Source: Eledone cirrhosa
Taxonomy: Eukaryota
Direction of reading: 5' to 3'
Length of the DNA stretch: 64,000 bases
Assembly: GCA_964016885.1 (NCBI GenBank)
Contig: OZ024744.1
Span: 62,434,001-62,498,000, forward strand
A program made the position numbers and the translations under genes. The stretch's first letter is position 1. The number at the start of each line of letters is the position of its first letter. Shown here one piece after another: positions 1-13,264 of the stretch. Below the pieces are notes generated by a model. That model had not been told where the DNA came from. It was given only the letters and a program-made list of their open reading frames with translations, and ran no database searches.

Positions 1-120
1 TTGTTTTTATAGCTTAAGTTGTAATATTTTATGTTTATAACTCTGGAGTAACATTACTTGATAGAATGCATAACTCAGAGATCAGAGAGTTGCTCTAGGT
101 ATTGCTGCAACTTCTCCAAA

Positions 121-340
121 TTGAGAGATCACAGCTCCAATACTACAAATATGTGGTTAGAATGACAAAGGGAAAAATCACTGGACAGATTTTATGGGCA
201 AAGCCAACTGGCAGGAGACTCAGAAGTAGTACATAAACTTTTGGTCTCACTTGGACCCAGCTGGATCAATTGGGGATGGCTGTTTCTGATATGTGTCTGA
301 GTACTCTGCTCTCACGAATATGTGAGTGAAGAAAAGAAAT
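121..340 (+). mobile_element. Degenerate 3' end of an RTE LINE (family C)
   Basis: Aligns by eye with 7632-7905 and 50870-51092, which encode the RTE C-terminal motif (..YGYVVRM..ILWAKPTGRxPRGRPRxRWLDNI..) and end in gtgagtgaagaa. Confidence 0.7.
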
Positions 341-570
341 CATTATTGCTTTTATTAGATATTTTGTCTTTCTTTTTATAACAGCACATTTCTGAATAAT
401 TAGGGGACAATAAAACCATTTTTAATATCCCAGTTATCTGGTTGAAGCTCAGAGAAGTAGAAACTATATTACACATCTATTTTATTACCTCTGTTGTTTT
501 TATAGCTTAGGTTGTTATATTTTATGTTTATAACTGTTCAAGATTAGAGTAATTTATAAAATGCTATTAA

Positions 571-1117
571 CTCTTAACATTCCGTAATGATTTAGCAAGA
601 AATATCTAAAAACAGGTTTGTTAATTCAAATATTTATAGTATCTTTACTAGTTGACAGACTGTTGAGAAAATTTGTAATATTAGGATAAAGAATAATTTT
701 TAATGCAGTGCAGTCAGTGCTGTTTTATATCTTTTAAGAGTACCTTGTCAATGTGGTTTCATGTAGTACAGGACTTTAAGAGTGAATGTTCTTATTCATA
801 TTTCAAATTTGAACATAGTTTATTAAGAAATTCATAATTGTTCTTTTAAAAATATTTTAAAATCAAGTTTTCGAAAGTAATATTCACTATACTTTTACAG
901 TATTTTTTAAAGATTGTCGAATGTACCCTTTATTTAACTCTTAATGTCCTATACTACAGAAAACTGCATTAGCAATGCATTCTTGAAAAGTACAAAACAG
1001 CTCTTTGATTGCATATAAAAAATAGTTTTTCCTATATTGTAAATTTTCAGTCTATTAGCAAACCTACTATAAACATTTGAATCAACAAACTCGTTTTGGG
1101 ATATAGCATGTTAATGG
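571..1117. mobile_element. Possible old piggyBac-type MITE
   Basis: TTAA at 567-570 and 1118-1121 flank imperfect inverted ends ctcttaacattc / gcatgttaatgg. Confidence 0.3.
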
Positions 1118-4100
1118 TTAAGGCACGTTCAGCTGCTATTTTTAACTAGTCAAGTGACTATGTCTCCATTCAAAATTCAAATGTTTTGTTATTTAGCTCC
1201 AGGCTAACCTCGATTAAGCAGACCCATGATGAAATGTTTCAGCCATGACTACCCTGGTGACCTATGACTATCAAACATGTGCCTTTTCCTTTTTAAGACA
1301 GTTCAGGATGATTTATCCCTTATTTCTAGCTTGTTAAGCAATCCCGTGCACATTGTAGCTCCAAGTTACAACTCATCACAAAATTTACAACTGAAACATG
1401 AAATATTTATATGGGATTCTGTGAGCATCCAAACTTGCTTATACACACTACCATTCTTTCAATTGTTTTATTGATACATAAATACAAAAAAATAATGCCA
1501 TAAAGAGATCACTTCAATCAAAAACTGAAAGGTCACAGGTGAAGAACCAATGCAAAATATTGTCTCTGCGCACCAGACTGCCAAATCCACACCTGCATAA
1601 CATGTCCGCATGCGACTCCCAACATAATAGCTATTCCAGTTCTACCACCGGTGTGAAATCCAAGTGTGATAAGCATGTTGTATCCAGATATGGCGAAGGG
1701 AGTTAACTCTAATGTCCAATGTCAACACCATGTTAATTTAGTAGTTATTGATAAATTAAATACCACGATTTTATATTAATATATATATACACTTCGACAC
1801 AAACATGGAAAATCTAATTAAAAAAACATATCTGTACAGATACGGTATGAATGCGGGAATCAAAATGGGGCGTATATACTTTGCCCGAACATGGTGGGGC
1901 GCCGTCTTATTTTTAAAATCGAAGTGGGGCCCGAGACCCCCAAAAAGTTAATATCACTGCAGAATAGGATTAATCGAGACTTGCATGTCTATATGCTAAG
2001 AGTGTTTATTTATATACAAATTTGTACAGTTTTGGTTAACCACGTATATAGATATATGGTCTTATTTTTTTTTTTTTTTTTCTGTTGGCAGGGCTAAAGA
2101 GTCACAATTCATCCCTTCGTAATCTATTTTGTGTCGCATTTCTTTGCTTTTTTCGATTTCCACGTACAAGCGTTTTCTTAATTTAAATCAAAACAAATAT
2201 GGTAGTTTTCTTCTACACGTTTATGTCATCAAATTTTTCCACGGACATTTTTTTTTTTTTTACAAATCAACGAGAAAACCTCTATACGGCTTCTTGGCCT
2301 ACTAGAAATATTCTTCCAGAATAGCTAAGCTACCAGTTTGATCTTCTCAACTGGGTTTTGTAGAAAGGAGACTCGTTAATTTCCACAAATATACGGTAGC
2401 CTGCTCAGGATTTCGGAGGAAGTTTATTCTGAGGCCACAACCTGAGGGAATTAATTCCGGTCAACGATTATAGTATTGCTCATTCATTTTAAATATATAT
2501 AGACAGTATTTCTGCTTTAGAACCAAAGTAACGTTATTCAGAACAGCGCAACGTAAAACGAACACGAGAACTGCCAAATGGTGGACGGAAACAATGTCAC
2601 AATTTCGTCTAGGAAAATGTCGCATTTTGTAATAATTAAACAAAATATTTCAAGTAATTTATTAAATGACAATACATAACACGTACATATATGTGAAAAA
2701 ATATAACAATGTAAAAATTATATCAATCATTTATTGAAGTTTTCCTCTAACTTTCTTCCCGGATTTGCTACCATCTTACAAAAAATGTGTGAATGGAAGA
2801 CGAAATGGTTACGTGTGAAACGCCTTTGTTAAGACTGTCTGTTCGATCAAGGCTGACCTTGGGATTAAATAAATTTCTTAGCAAACAAACTGATAAAAAC
2901 TGGGGTCAAGGCAGCTGACTTTTGAGTTCTAAATAAATAAAAGTTACCACTTAAAATTATTACTTCGACAATACATTTTCCATGAATTGATCAGATACGA
3001 TATTTTGTTGAAGTATTTTTTAACATGATCAACAAATGCCACACTTCTCAAAAACAATAGGCATATACTAAAAGTCCCCACCAAAAATATCAATAAGGAT
3101 GAAACGGTGCTTTCGAACAAAATTACCTGGTGGTATTTGTTTCACCTGAGTTTCACAGTCAGTTCCTTGTTGCACTCACTATCGGTCCGGTGTAAACCTG
3201 TAACTAATGACGCTTGTTCTCCACAAAATGCATTAATAGATTAATTAGCTAGTGCTTTCATCAGTCTCACTTTGCTCCCTCTCAAACTTTTCAATTACTT
3301 AAATAACAAATTAAAAAAAATAATAAAATTCTAGAGATAATATCTATTTCAACGAATTAACTTCCTTCACAAGACTTCAAAATTAAATGAAAGTTAACTT
3401 TATTCTGCCACAATCCCAAACCTTTCATGTTCGGCTTCATGTTTTGTTTTCTTTTGAGTTCACATAAAATACAAACCAAGGGAAATCCAAGGACAAAATT
3501 GATATTATTCTTCCACCCTTTCCTCATATATTGTACGTAATGTTGTCAAACAATGTAGATGAGATAAACATAAATTGTTGGTGCTGACATCAACATCATT
3601 TAAAAGTTGTCTACTGAAACAATGTTAACGCATGGACAATAAACCAACACCCCCTAAATAAACTCTTAAGATCTTGTTGAAAAGAAAAGAAAGGCACACA
3701 CCATACTGAATATTGTCTTCTATAAAATAAAAGTTATGAAATAGTTTCTAATATGTGTGTGTGTGTGTGTAAAACTAACTTATTTAAGCAACAACTTGTA
3801 AAGTACCGCTACGTTCCGCCCTTCAAGCATATAGAGGTCAAGGTTAACTTAACCGTTTCACAGGATTTTTATTGTTAATATTGCCGACAAACCAAACTCC
3901 AGTGTCACAAAATAGCTTAGATCAATATCCGAACATTGTCCTAACGTTAGTTACTTGACCTCCCCAATATCTATATCTTGTAATTATGCGATCGATTTGA
4001 GAAGGAGGAATGAGTATCAAGCAAGTTGCTTTAACTATCTCGTGTTCACTGTTCTATGGCAAGAGTCAAATAAACTGGGTAAATTTATAGTATTATTCTC

Positions 4101-4848
4101 TCAGTTTTACAATACAATACATACACACACATGAGCCAAAGAGAGCCCCTCTACATGGTCACTCATCAGGCTAGAAATAGCTAATTTTTTCAAATCATAC
4201 CCTACGGCCCGAAAAAACGAAGGCCACGTCGAATACAGTAGTCAGACAGAAAAAAAATCTGGTCTGGCGTAGCAACGCTTCGTCCAATATTGTCAAATGT
4301 TTTGTTATATTGTCGACCACAGAAGAAACAAACGGCAAGATATAGAAAGAGGAATCGTTATTACAAGGAATATTAAAACTGAACGATAATGTTTTATGTA
4401 ATTTTAGACATGCATACCATAATGAATGATTTCTCACTTATCAAGGACAGCAGTGTTCAAATACTGGTGTACATATAGAGATATGTGTACAATCAAATGG
4501 TATTTACTTTTTATGTAAAAAATAACTATTCTAAGTTGAGTAGTAAGTAAAACGAAAGAACAGTTGGTTTGTTTAACGTTAAAAATATGTATTCCTTTAT
4601 ATGTAACACGAGAGTGAAGGTCAAATTTGACAATCAAGAAACAACCAGAGTAGCGGTTGCAATGTTATTCAAAAAATCCCACACGTAATGGTAACAATAT
4701 GAAAGCGATTTCCATTAAAGCAAGCATAGGTGTTGAGAGCGTGGAATGATATAAACAAGCAAGCATATAATAATTAACGAGTTGTCATATAAAGATATAT
4801 AGGCCATAATAATCCAAGAAGGAGTGTGTGTGTTTATATAGGAAGATA

Positions 4849-5010
4849 ACTTACCATGATTGTTTAAAAGGTGTTGATGAAGAAGTTTTAATTTGAGACA
4901 ACAACGCCGATACCTTGCTCTGGTAGTTATGAAGTAAACCGTCGTCTCGAGTGTACAAAACCAATTTATCTACGGAAGTAGCAGGAGGAGGAGCCGATGA
5001 ATTAATGCAC
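4849..5010 (-). other. Candidate first exon of a minus-strand gene, ending ATG|GTAAGT
   Basis: Minus strand reads aaacaatcATG|gtaagt (ATG 4857-4855, consensus donor 4854-4849) in TE-poor, CpG-retaining DNA next to a CT/GA-rich tract; no downstream coding exon identified. Confidence 0.3.
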
Positions 5011-6415
5011 AACAGCACGCTCTCTCTCTTTTCTTTATATTTATCGCTGTCTGTTTATCTCTTGCTGCCTTTCTATCTTTTTCTCAATTTTGCCTCTTTG
5101 TCCTTCTCTCTCCCTATCTATACTGCTCTTTCACCCCACACTTTCTCTTCACACTTTTCTTCTTTGTTTCCGTTATCCCTTTCTCTCTCCGCCTCACTCT
5201 CTTATCTTTTTATGTCTTCCTTTATTCACACTCTGCCTCTCTTTCTTTTTCTCTTTTTGCCTCTCGTTTTCCACTCTCTCTTTCTTACTCTTTTACCTAT
5301 CGTTCACCTCTCATCGTTCTTTTACTTTCTTTTTCTCCCCCTTTCTGACATAATAACTTCAAATAAATTCTTCCTCACACAGTCGATGCACTCCACACAT
5401 ACGCATGCACACAACTATCTACAGTATTTTCATATCATCGTGGCCCTCTATCTCACGTATTTCATTCTTCTTTTCATTAAAAAAAAATATTTTACATGTG
5501 AGGGGGTGCAACAGTCTTTCAACAACTTTAAGAAAGCATATATGATCGCTTTGGTCTCACCATCAACTTCCAGAGAACCATAGTGCTCATACGACCTGCT
5601 TCAAGGACAACTCTTCAGACTTCACTATCACTGTTTCGAACATCCTTTTTTCCCTATTTTTGAAGTCTTCTCTCAAGGATGGTAGTAGGGGGCACTGGAT
5701 ACCCCCACCTACTTTACAATGGTGCACACTCAGATTTAGTTAATAGAGTTTATAGAAAAAAACCGTCTTGAAATACGTTCTTTGCGACCCCCCACCCATC
5801 CCGAATGTTCTGAGGCCACCACCCCTACCTCTTCTCCATAATTCAAGCATTAAAGCCTGAGGACGGGCTTGTCTCAGTTTGGATAAACTATTAAGCAAAT
5901 TAATTACGTACCCTAAGTAAAGAAGTGCCCCACAGAGTTTTTTTTTTGCCACAGTACAGTATATGAGTTTTTTTTTGCTTTGTTTTTTCTTTTATTTTTC
6001 ATATACAATATATAGGGGTGCCACAATCACAGACACATGACAATCTGGTGATGGAGGGTGGGTAAAAAAGCGAAACCACCTCTCTGTTAAATATAGGTTC
6101 ATAAAAACTCTACGTGATGTGAATACACATACACACCCCTCTCTCTCTCTCTCTTTCTGTTCGTCTTCCCTCCTCTCTCTCTCACTGTTTTTCTTACTTT
6201 TGCACTCACACCGTACACATACACGCACAAACACGTTCATATACACACATACATGCACACTTATATACACACGCGCATGCATTCAAATTTTACATATTGA
6301 TTTATTCCGACAAAACACGTAAAACAAAGTCATTTTTGAAAAGGAGAATGAGGGTATATAGATAATATAATAAACCCATAATATATGACTGGTACTTATT
6401 TTATTGACTCTAGAA

Positions 6416-6907
6416 CAGTGGTCGCCAACCTTTCGGACCTCACAGACCACTAAATTCATAATTTTAAATCCCGTGGACCACTTTCATTAATTTTTTTAAA
6501 AACATAAATACATTTGAAAAATAATTGTTTCTACATTTGGCACAAAGCCAGCAATCACCCAGTACATTACTGGTACTTTATTTTATCGACCCCGTAAAGA
6601 TGAAAGGCAAAGTTAACCTTGACGGGATTTGAACTCAGACCGTAAAGGGACGTAACTATGCTAGAAAGCATGGCGCCCAACTCATTACCGATACTGCCAT
6701 GATCAGAGAACTTCCATTTTATTAATATGAAATGCACTATTTAAACATTTTAAGGGGTGTTATAAAATATGTTTTAACCGAATATTATTTTTGTTTTATT
6801 ATTAATAAGACATAAAAATTGCAAATAATGTCCACATTTTTCTGCAGACCACCAACATTTTCTCTCGGACTACTAGTGGTCCGCGGACCACGGGGTGGTG
6901 ACTGCTG
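6416..6907. mobile_element. hAT (Charlie-type) MITE carrying a nested SINE
   Basis: Ends cagtggtcgccaacc / ggggtggtgactgctg; 8-bp NTCTAGAN target ctctagaa (6408-6415) / ttctagat (6908-6915). Confidence 0.8.
6520..6699 (-). mobile_element. tRNA-derived SINE (family A)
   Basis: Similar to copies at 14649, 26092 and 44399; B-box-like gagttcaaatcc on the minus strand. Confidence 0.85.
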
Positions 6908-7399
6908 TTCTAGATGGTTGAAAGATGCTGTGCTACTGTGATGAACCTATAATTCTAGCTCCACTTGAATCACTCAAAAATAAACCAAAATTATTTCTAT
7001 ACATAATACCACTCTTAATTTTAGAGATTGCTAGCTGTCTAAGAGAGCTGTTACTCTGAATAAAAACTGATACAAGATAGAGAGGACTTTGACACCCTAA
7101 GACACAATCTCTCTAGATGCTAGTGGCACAATAAAATGTACCTAATCCATGCTGTATCGTGGTTGGTGATAGGAAGAGCATCCAGCTAGATAACCTTGGC
7201 CAAAACCATGACTAGCCCTATTAACAAGATAAACACTAATTGCATATACAAGACTAACACTAACCATGCTAGTGGTGCACATGATAGTGGAATGGCTAAC
7301 CTAGCTGTAAACAAAGACCCTTGATCATCATCAAACAATTGCACATCCACATTCCATTTTGGGTACAAAAATCTGTGACCAATAGACAACCCAGTTACC

Positions 7400-9530
7400 G
7401 CTGGGCACCCCTATGTTGTAAAGTAATGCGTTTCAAGGTTGTCATTTTTAATGTTGGCACAATGAAAAGTAGATCAGGTGAAACTGTGGAAATGCTTCAG
7501 CAGAGACAAATAGAAGTATGTTGTGTAAAAGAGTTGAGATAGAAATGAGGAGTGATAGGTGGAATAGGTATTCTATTAACTGTGAGGTGTATAGAAAAGG
7601 TAATGGGCTTAGTTAGAATAAATGACAGAATTGAGAGATCACAGCTCTGATACTATGGGTATGTGGTTAGAATGTCTCAAGAAAGAATCTCTGAACAGAT
7701 TTTATGGGCAAAACCAACCAGCAAGAGATCCAGGGGTAGACCCTGAGCAAAATGGCTGGATAACATCCATGAGTGGGCTGGTCATGCTTGGGGATCCAGC
7801 CGGATCAGTTGGAGACAGTTGCTTCTGGCAGGACCCACTGGAGGGAGTGTTTGAGGACCCTGCCTCCCACAACACTCAAGAATAAGTGGGCAAAGAAAAG
7901 AAGTAACAATAGAATGATAACAATTATCTCCACTTATGTACTACAATCAAGGCAAAGTAAAAAACGAACGGACCATTTCCATGCAGTTGACTTCAATAAC
8001 AAATGATAGCAACTTTATTATCCCAGCTAGTGACATCAATGGACATGTTGGTCAAAACAAGGATGGCTACTTTGGAATACATAATGGCTATGGATATGAA
8101 ATGGAAAATGAAGAGAGATCAAGGCTCCTAAAGTTTTGTGATGATAATGACCTAACTCTTTGCAACACTAACTTCAGGAAACTGGCCAACCACTTAATCA
8201 CCTATCAATCAGCTGAACACACAAGACAGATAGATTTTTTTTACTTTTAGAAAACATGATAAGCAGATGATTATGAGCACCCAGGCTTCTTCCAGAAAAG
8301 AATGCACCACTCAACACAAATTAGTTATTAGTGATACCAGAAACAAGAACTAGACAAAATCAGAAATGCAGGAAAATCTTGAAAAGGAGGAAGCTAAAAG
8401 ACCTCTAAATGGTGCATACAAGACAAAAGAGGAGATATATATATATATCACAATTGGAAGTTTCTATGGGACAACCTACTACTGACTACTGATGAGACCT
8501 GTGCTTGTAGCAATGCACCAGCCAGACAACATGCAACCTGGTGGGGAAACAGCACTGTAAAGCTAAGAGACAGGCATGGAAAGATCCAGGAAAATGGAGT
8601 AGCAAAGAACAATATCATGTAACTGAAAGAGAGGCTTAACAGATTTACATAACATGTAGAGAAGCTTATAGTTGAAGGTTTTCCAATGTACTGCAACAAG
8701 AGGATCAGAGGCCTGATGTATTCTGAATTGAAAAGTAGTGTGTCAGTGTGAATTGAGATATTGGGGAAAATTGCATTCAGAATGGCACCAGTGCACTTAG
8801 CCTCACTGATGTTTAGAAAAAAGAAGCTCTGAAATGTTAATATGAGATGTTTGATGAATATAGAAAATATGTATAAGGAAGAGGGCTGCTCCCAGTAGAC
8901 TCAACAGAGGGACCAGCTAGTGACGTTGACAGTAGTAGGGTCAAAGAAACAGAGGATATGTGAAAGCTGAACAGAACAGTGTCAAGCATGCTCTGTTGTA
9001 TGTATACTGTTAGTGTGCATGAACGATGAAGCATGGATAAACTGAGAAAAAAACAGGGCATAAGAGGAATCAAACGTGATGTGCAAGAAAAAAGATGTGT
9101 GTGTATGTGTGTTTGTAACGATGAATAAACGCTATGTGCACTCCATCAGTGAGTATTGGATAATGGTAGTTAATATCTATATCTGTTATTTATTTATTGT
9201 AATGTTTATAGACATATGTACACCAGGTCTGAACACAGAGGAACCAAACTCCCACAGTCATCGCCTCCATCTCTCCTGCTTTCCCAAAAGATTGTGTTGG
9301 TATAGACATCTGATGCATACTGATGGTGATTGTTGGATAAAGAAGTCACAAGTGATCCCTGTGGAAGGAAACTGCAGAAGAGGAAGACTAGGGCAGAAAG
9401 ACTGAGAGCTAATCGCAAACTTTACTTGAGAAATGATGGAAAATACAAAGGGAAAGAGGCTGTGCTAGAAAAAAAAACTATCCAACTCAATCACATGGGA
9501 AAAACTGACATAAAATGATGTTGATAATGA
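7400..9530 (+). mobile_element. Decayed, internally deleted RTE LINE (APE region to 3' tail), with an RTE family C 3' fragment inserted at ~7632-7905
   Basis: APE motifs NVGTMKSRSGETVEML..VCCVKE, DINGHVG, LCNTNF..HLITY..QIDF; C-terminal RLCWY.HL..WIKK..RGR; tail gacataaaatgatg; many stops and frameshifts. Confidence 0.8.
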
Positions 9531-9544
9531 TATATATATATATC

Positions 9545-10140
9545 AGCAACAGCAGCATTTAAAGTCTGTTTTCCCTGCTAGCAAAAGTCAGACATGTTGC
9601 AGACTAGTCAGTAGTACTCAAGCAGAACCTCTGTTCTCCTGGTAGGCTAAGGCTGAACATACGATCACGCACTCTACCAAGTGCATTTTATCATGGCACC
9701 AACACTAGTTTGCCATGTCCTTGGCATAGCTAAAGAGTCTTCCAGCCCTTGGCAGGTTTTCTGTGACTGGATGCTCTTTCTATCAACAACCACTTTACAG
9801 GGGTGAACTGAGTAATCATTTATCATATGGATCACCAACATTAGTCAGGTTGTCATGTCTACGACACAGCTGAAGAGTCTTTGTCACCCTCCTCCCATGC
9901 ATTCTCTTCATTCAACAGTCTCTTATAATGACACTTCCAGACTTCTTTCTTTTCAGTATCAGTGAGAGTAAGTTTGTCACTGTCCTTCCAAATGCACCTC
10001 TCACTAACAATAACTTGATTTTCCCCAGTACACTTACTAACAATTTGGAACATCTCACACCTTTCGTTCTCATTGCATAAGACAAGTGCAACCATCTTAC
10101 TTTCTGCTCCACCTTTAGCTAGGTGCACCTTGCTTTTTCA
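9545..10140 (-). mobile_element. RTE LINE fragments (linker region plus 3' UTR/tail)
   Basis: ORF 9859-10128 contains KKEVWKCHYKRLLNEENAW, as in the other RTE copies; tail-like ttttccctgctagca near 9570. Confidence 0.7.
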
Positions 10141-10349
10141 TATAACTTTTTAGAAGTATTTAGATGTATTTAATAAGATATATATGTGAAATGTTAATAT
10201 TTGTATTTGTGTATTGTGTATCGATAGAAGTCACCAGTGAAGCAGTTTATAACATAAGAGGATGATATTGATGTTATCAGTATAGCAACATGTATTATTC
10301 ACCATTTTAGTAGTATATAACATCATAAGACTACAACGTTTTAATATTT

Positions 10350-11380
10350 ATTAACAAAGATGAGAGGGGTTGCATTAGCTTGGTAGGACGGAGTGCCAAA
10401 AGAAATGAAACAAACAAAAGAAGCGGGAATTTCTCCATTTGGGTGGAAGTTGAGAAACATTTCCCTACGCTGGTAGCGATTGGTTGAACTCAGCCAAACA
10501 ATGCATGGAAAGGGTATCAATGCGCCAAAGGAAAGTAGTTGCTACAGCTTCCTGCTCCCCTCAGTTTTCCAATCCTTTCATACCTGCTTCTTCATCTACC
10601 CTACTATTCTATCACCATGTCTTCCTGGAGGCTTGCACCAGCCACATACCATCAGCAAATTGTCCTGCAGTAACCCCTACCTTTCCTCTTCATTGTAGGT
10701 TTCTATCTCCTCTTCCTTGTTGTTATAAGCTTCAAACAGATTTTCCAAGAATTTGTCCCTAGCTGAAGAGCTCTTTCAGCTTCCATGTCTTTTTCCTCCA
10801 AATTGCCTTGTCTCTACTTCCATCTTGCTTTAATTTTAAGCTCACAAACGACTAGATTATGTTGGGTGGTATACTCTTCACCAGTGACCTTTTTTGTATG
10901 AATAACAATCAGTATGTCCTGATTTCTGGTAAAGGGGAAATCAATTTGGTGATTGCCTGATTGTTAGGTGATCAGATGGCTGATTTTCTGTAGTTAGTGC
11001 TGCATATAGTCAAGTCGTTTGTATCACCAAACTCCAGGAGCCTTGATTCTGCCTCATTACCTCTGCAGAACTCATATCATCCATGAACACCATAGAAGCC
11101 ACCAATGAGTTGCCTCTTATATCCAATAAAAATCACCAGCTATAATTATTGTTAACGAGGTAGTACGCATAAGGTACATCAATCACATTGTCTACCCATT
11201 TCTCTGCTAACAGGATGCCCACTTCACCTACCCTATAATTATTACCCACCCAGAATTATTTGGTGTGCGTTGGCTATTGCTTGTGGGGATTATTGCTGAG
11301 ACTTCTCCATCTCGTTTCTTCTATTCAACATACATCCACATGCATTCACACAGGTATCCCCACAATTTTATCTGACCTCT
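10350..11380 (-). mobile_element. Decayed RTE APE-region fragment
   Basis: Minus strand resembles the APE of the copy at 48190-49480 (RLLEFGDTNDLTICSTNY, HLITY, WWKKQV). Confidence 0.6.
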
Positions 11381-11384
11381 TCTG

Positions 11385-11750
11385 TTGTTTCAGTTTTTAA
11401 GAACTCTGGGAAACTATCTGATCCTTCTAACTATCAGCTTACTAGTTTTCTACTCCTTTTGGTAGTAAAGTATTTGAGATTTTAATCAATTCTGGATTGG
11501 TTAAACACCTTACTTCATTGGCCCTTATTTCAGATAAACAATATGGCTTTTGTTTCTCATGATGAACTGCTAATGTCCTAACAGTTATTGCTGAGAGAGT
11601 CTGTCATGTTTTGGATAAATCTAGTGCAGCTAGAGCTGTTGCCTTAGATATTTATAAGGCTTTTGACAAGGTTTGGCATAGTGGTGTTCTTCATAAGTTA
11701 TGGCGTTTCTGGATGAATTTTCAAACTGATCGAGTCTTTCTTATATTCTT
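11385..11750 (+). mobile_element. Jockey/CR1-group LINE RT fragment
   Basis: SDPSNY..SKVFEILIN..ISDKQYGF..ARAVALDIYKAFDKVWHSGVLHKL. Confidence 0.75.
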
Positions 11751-12049
11751 AATTGCCTTACTTACTGCTGTTGACTTGAACGGCTGGTCTCTATGTTGGG
11801 TTCACTTGGGGCAGAATATCTTCCTCCTATGCATTTTCCTCATTCAGCAGTCTTTCATAATGGTACTTCCACACTACTTTCTTTTCGGCATCAGTGAGAG
11901 TAAGAGTGCCATTATCATCTTGGACACACTTCTTCCAAATGACAACACAATTTTCCATGTAGGAATACATACTTTTATTATATATATATATATATATAGA
12001 ATAAGGAAAAGCGAAGTAGTTTCAGATGTTCAGGTCCTTTAATAATAAT

Positions 12050-12123
12050 GCTGTGATATATATTTCAATGGCGAAAGTGGCCACACTGTTCTGTGGGCCA
12101 GTCTTGCGACATCGTCAGACAGC
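12050..12123 (-). ncRNA. Type I hammerhead ribozyme (inverted copy)
   Basis: Reverse complement of 13053-13126 with the core intact. Confidence 0.7.
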
Positions 12124-13052
12124 TTGTTACATAATAAGGTTATGTTTCCGAGGCAATCCAAATTGAATCGACAATAATATGGATCATTTTCCATATATGT
12201 ACTCTGTGTTTTTGCATTCATTCCTTCATTCATTTATTCACTCATTTATTTATTCATTGGTTCTTTTCTTTTGTGTACTTTATATATGTCTTTGTTGGTT
12301 TGTTCCATGTGATGGAAATTACGACTATGTACCCAATTGACTACTACCCGTAATACTGTAATTTACCCTCAGTTCTACTGTACGGCACCATCGTTCAGTA
12401 TGTAGATAGGGTAACTGTAACATTAGGACCCCTTTCAGAACTTCTTACTTAAACATCTCTCTGCATATTATTTACTCACTTCAATCTATAATTTTTTTAC
12501 TCACCTCAATCCGGATTCTCACTTGAAAAATCTTTAATTGTTTAATTTCTAATTGTTAATTTTTTAATTTATAATTTCTGATACTTGATTTAGGATTTTC
12601 GATTTTAAATTGTAATTTTTAGTTCTAATTTCACTTATAACTTCCAATATGAAACTATGATACATAGAATTAAATATATCCTCTTAGGGGTTGATGGTGA
12701 GTTGTACTGTCCATGATTGTGAGAGGTAGTAAAGAGACCTGTAAATACTAACACTCTCCCATCCCCACTGGCTTTCGGCTGACTGCCACAGACGGGATGG
12801 GTAGCAGTAAACTATGGTGCAGGCTTGAATGGGTCATTGTCTGGCTGAGAGAGGGAACTGACTAAGCGAATTTCGTTTAAATCTGCGGTAGCTAATGGTC
12901 AACTTCCTCCTGGACCTGTGCCTGCGCAGACCAGTGGGGGTGAATTGGTACTCACAGGGGAACGGATGAAGAACCCAAAAGCACATACTTCGTCCGTTCC
13001 CATGTCGATTCAATTTGGATTGCCTTGGAAACATAACCTTATTATGTAACAA

Positions 13053-13126
13053 GCTGTCTGACGATGTCGCGAGACTGGCCCACAGAACAGTGTGGCCACT
13101 TTCGCCATTGAAATATATATCACAGC
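13053..13126 (+). ncRNA. Type I hammerhead ribozyme
   Basis: gctgt-CUGACGA (13058-13064)-long stem II (tggcccaca/tgtggcca)-GAAA (13110-13113)-palindromic tatata-UC (predicted cleavage after 13121)-acagc closing stem I. Confidence 0.75.
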
Positions 13127-13264
13127 ATTATTATTAAAGGACCTGCACATCTGAAACTACTTCGCTTTTCCTTATTCGATATTTACTCCATCACTCCTAT
13201 GTGGAATAAGTACGTTGAGTGCTTGATTTGAATTGCATCAATATTTACCCTAAGTATATATATA

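Larger units (their letters stand above)
11999..13255 (+). mobile_element. Non-coding Penelope-associated/retrozyme-like element with a 175-bp inverted repeat
   Basis: 11999-12173 is the near-perfect reverse complement of 13003-13177; each arm holds a hammerhead; (TA)n runs flank both sides; no ORF with recognisable domains. Confidence 0.7.

Noticed and set aside
3127-3197. 71-nt internal coding exon on the minus strand
   Set aside because: Stops in all three frames and a weak acceptor; at most a UTR exon
4951-5583. 210-aa hydrophobic ORF resembling a membrane protein
   Set aside because: Derived from a CT-rich tract with a GTG start; Leu/Phe/Ser bias is explained by composition
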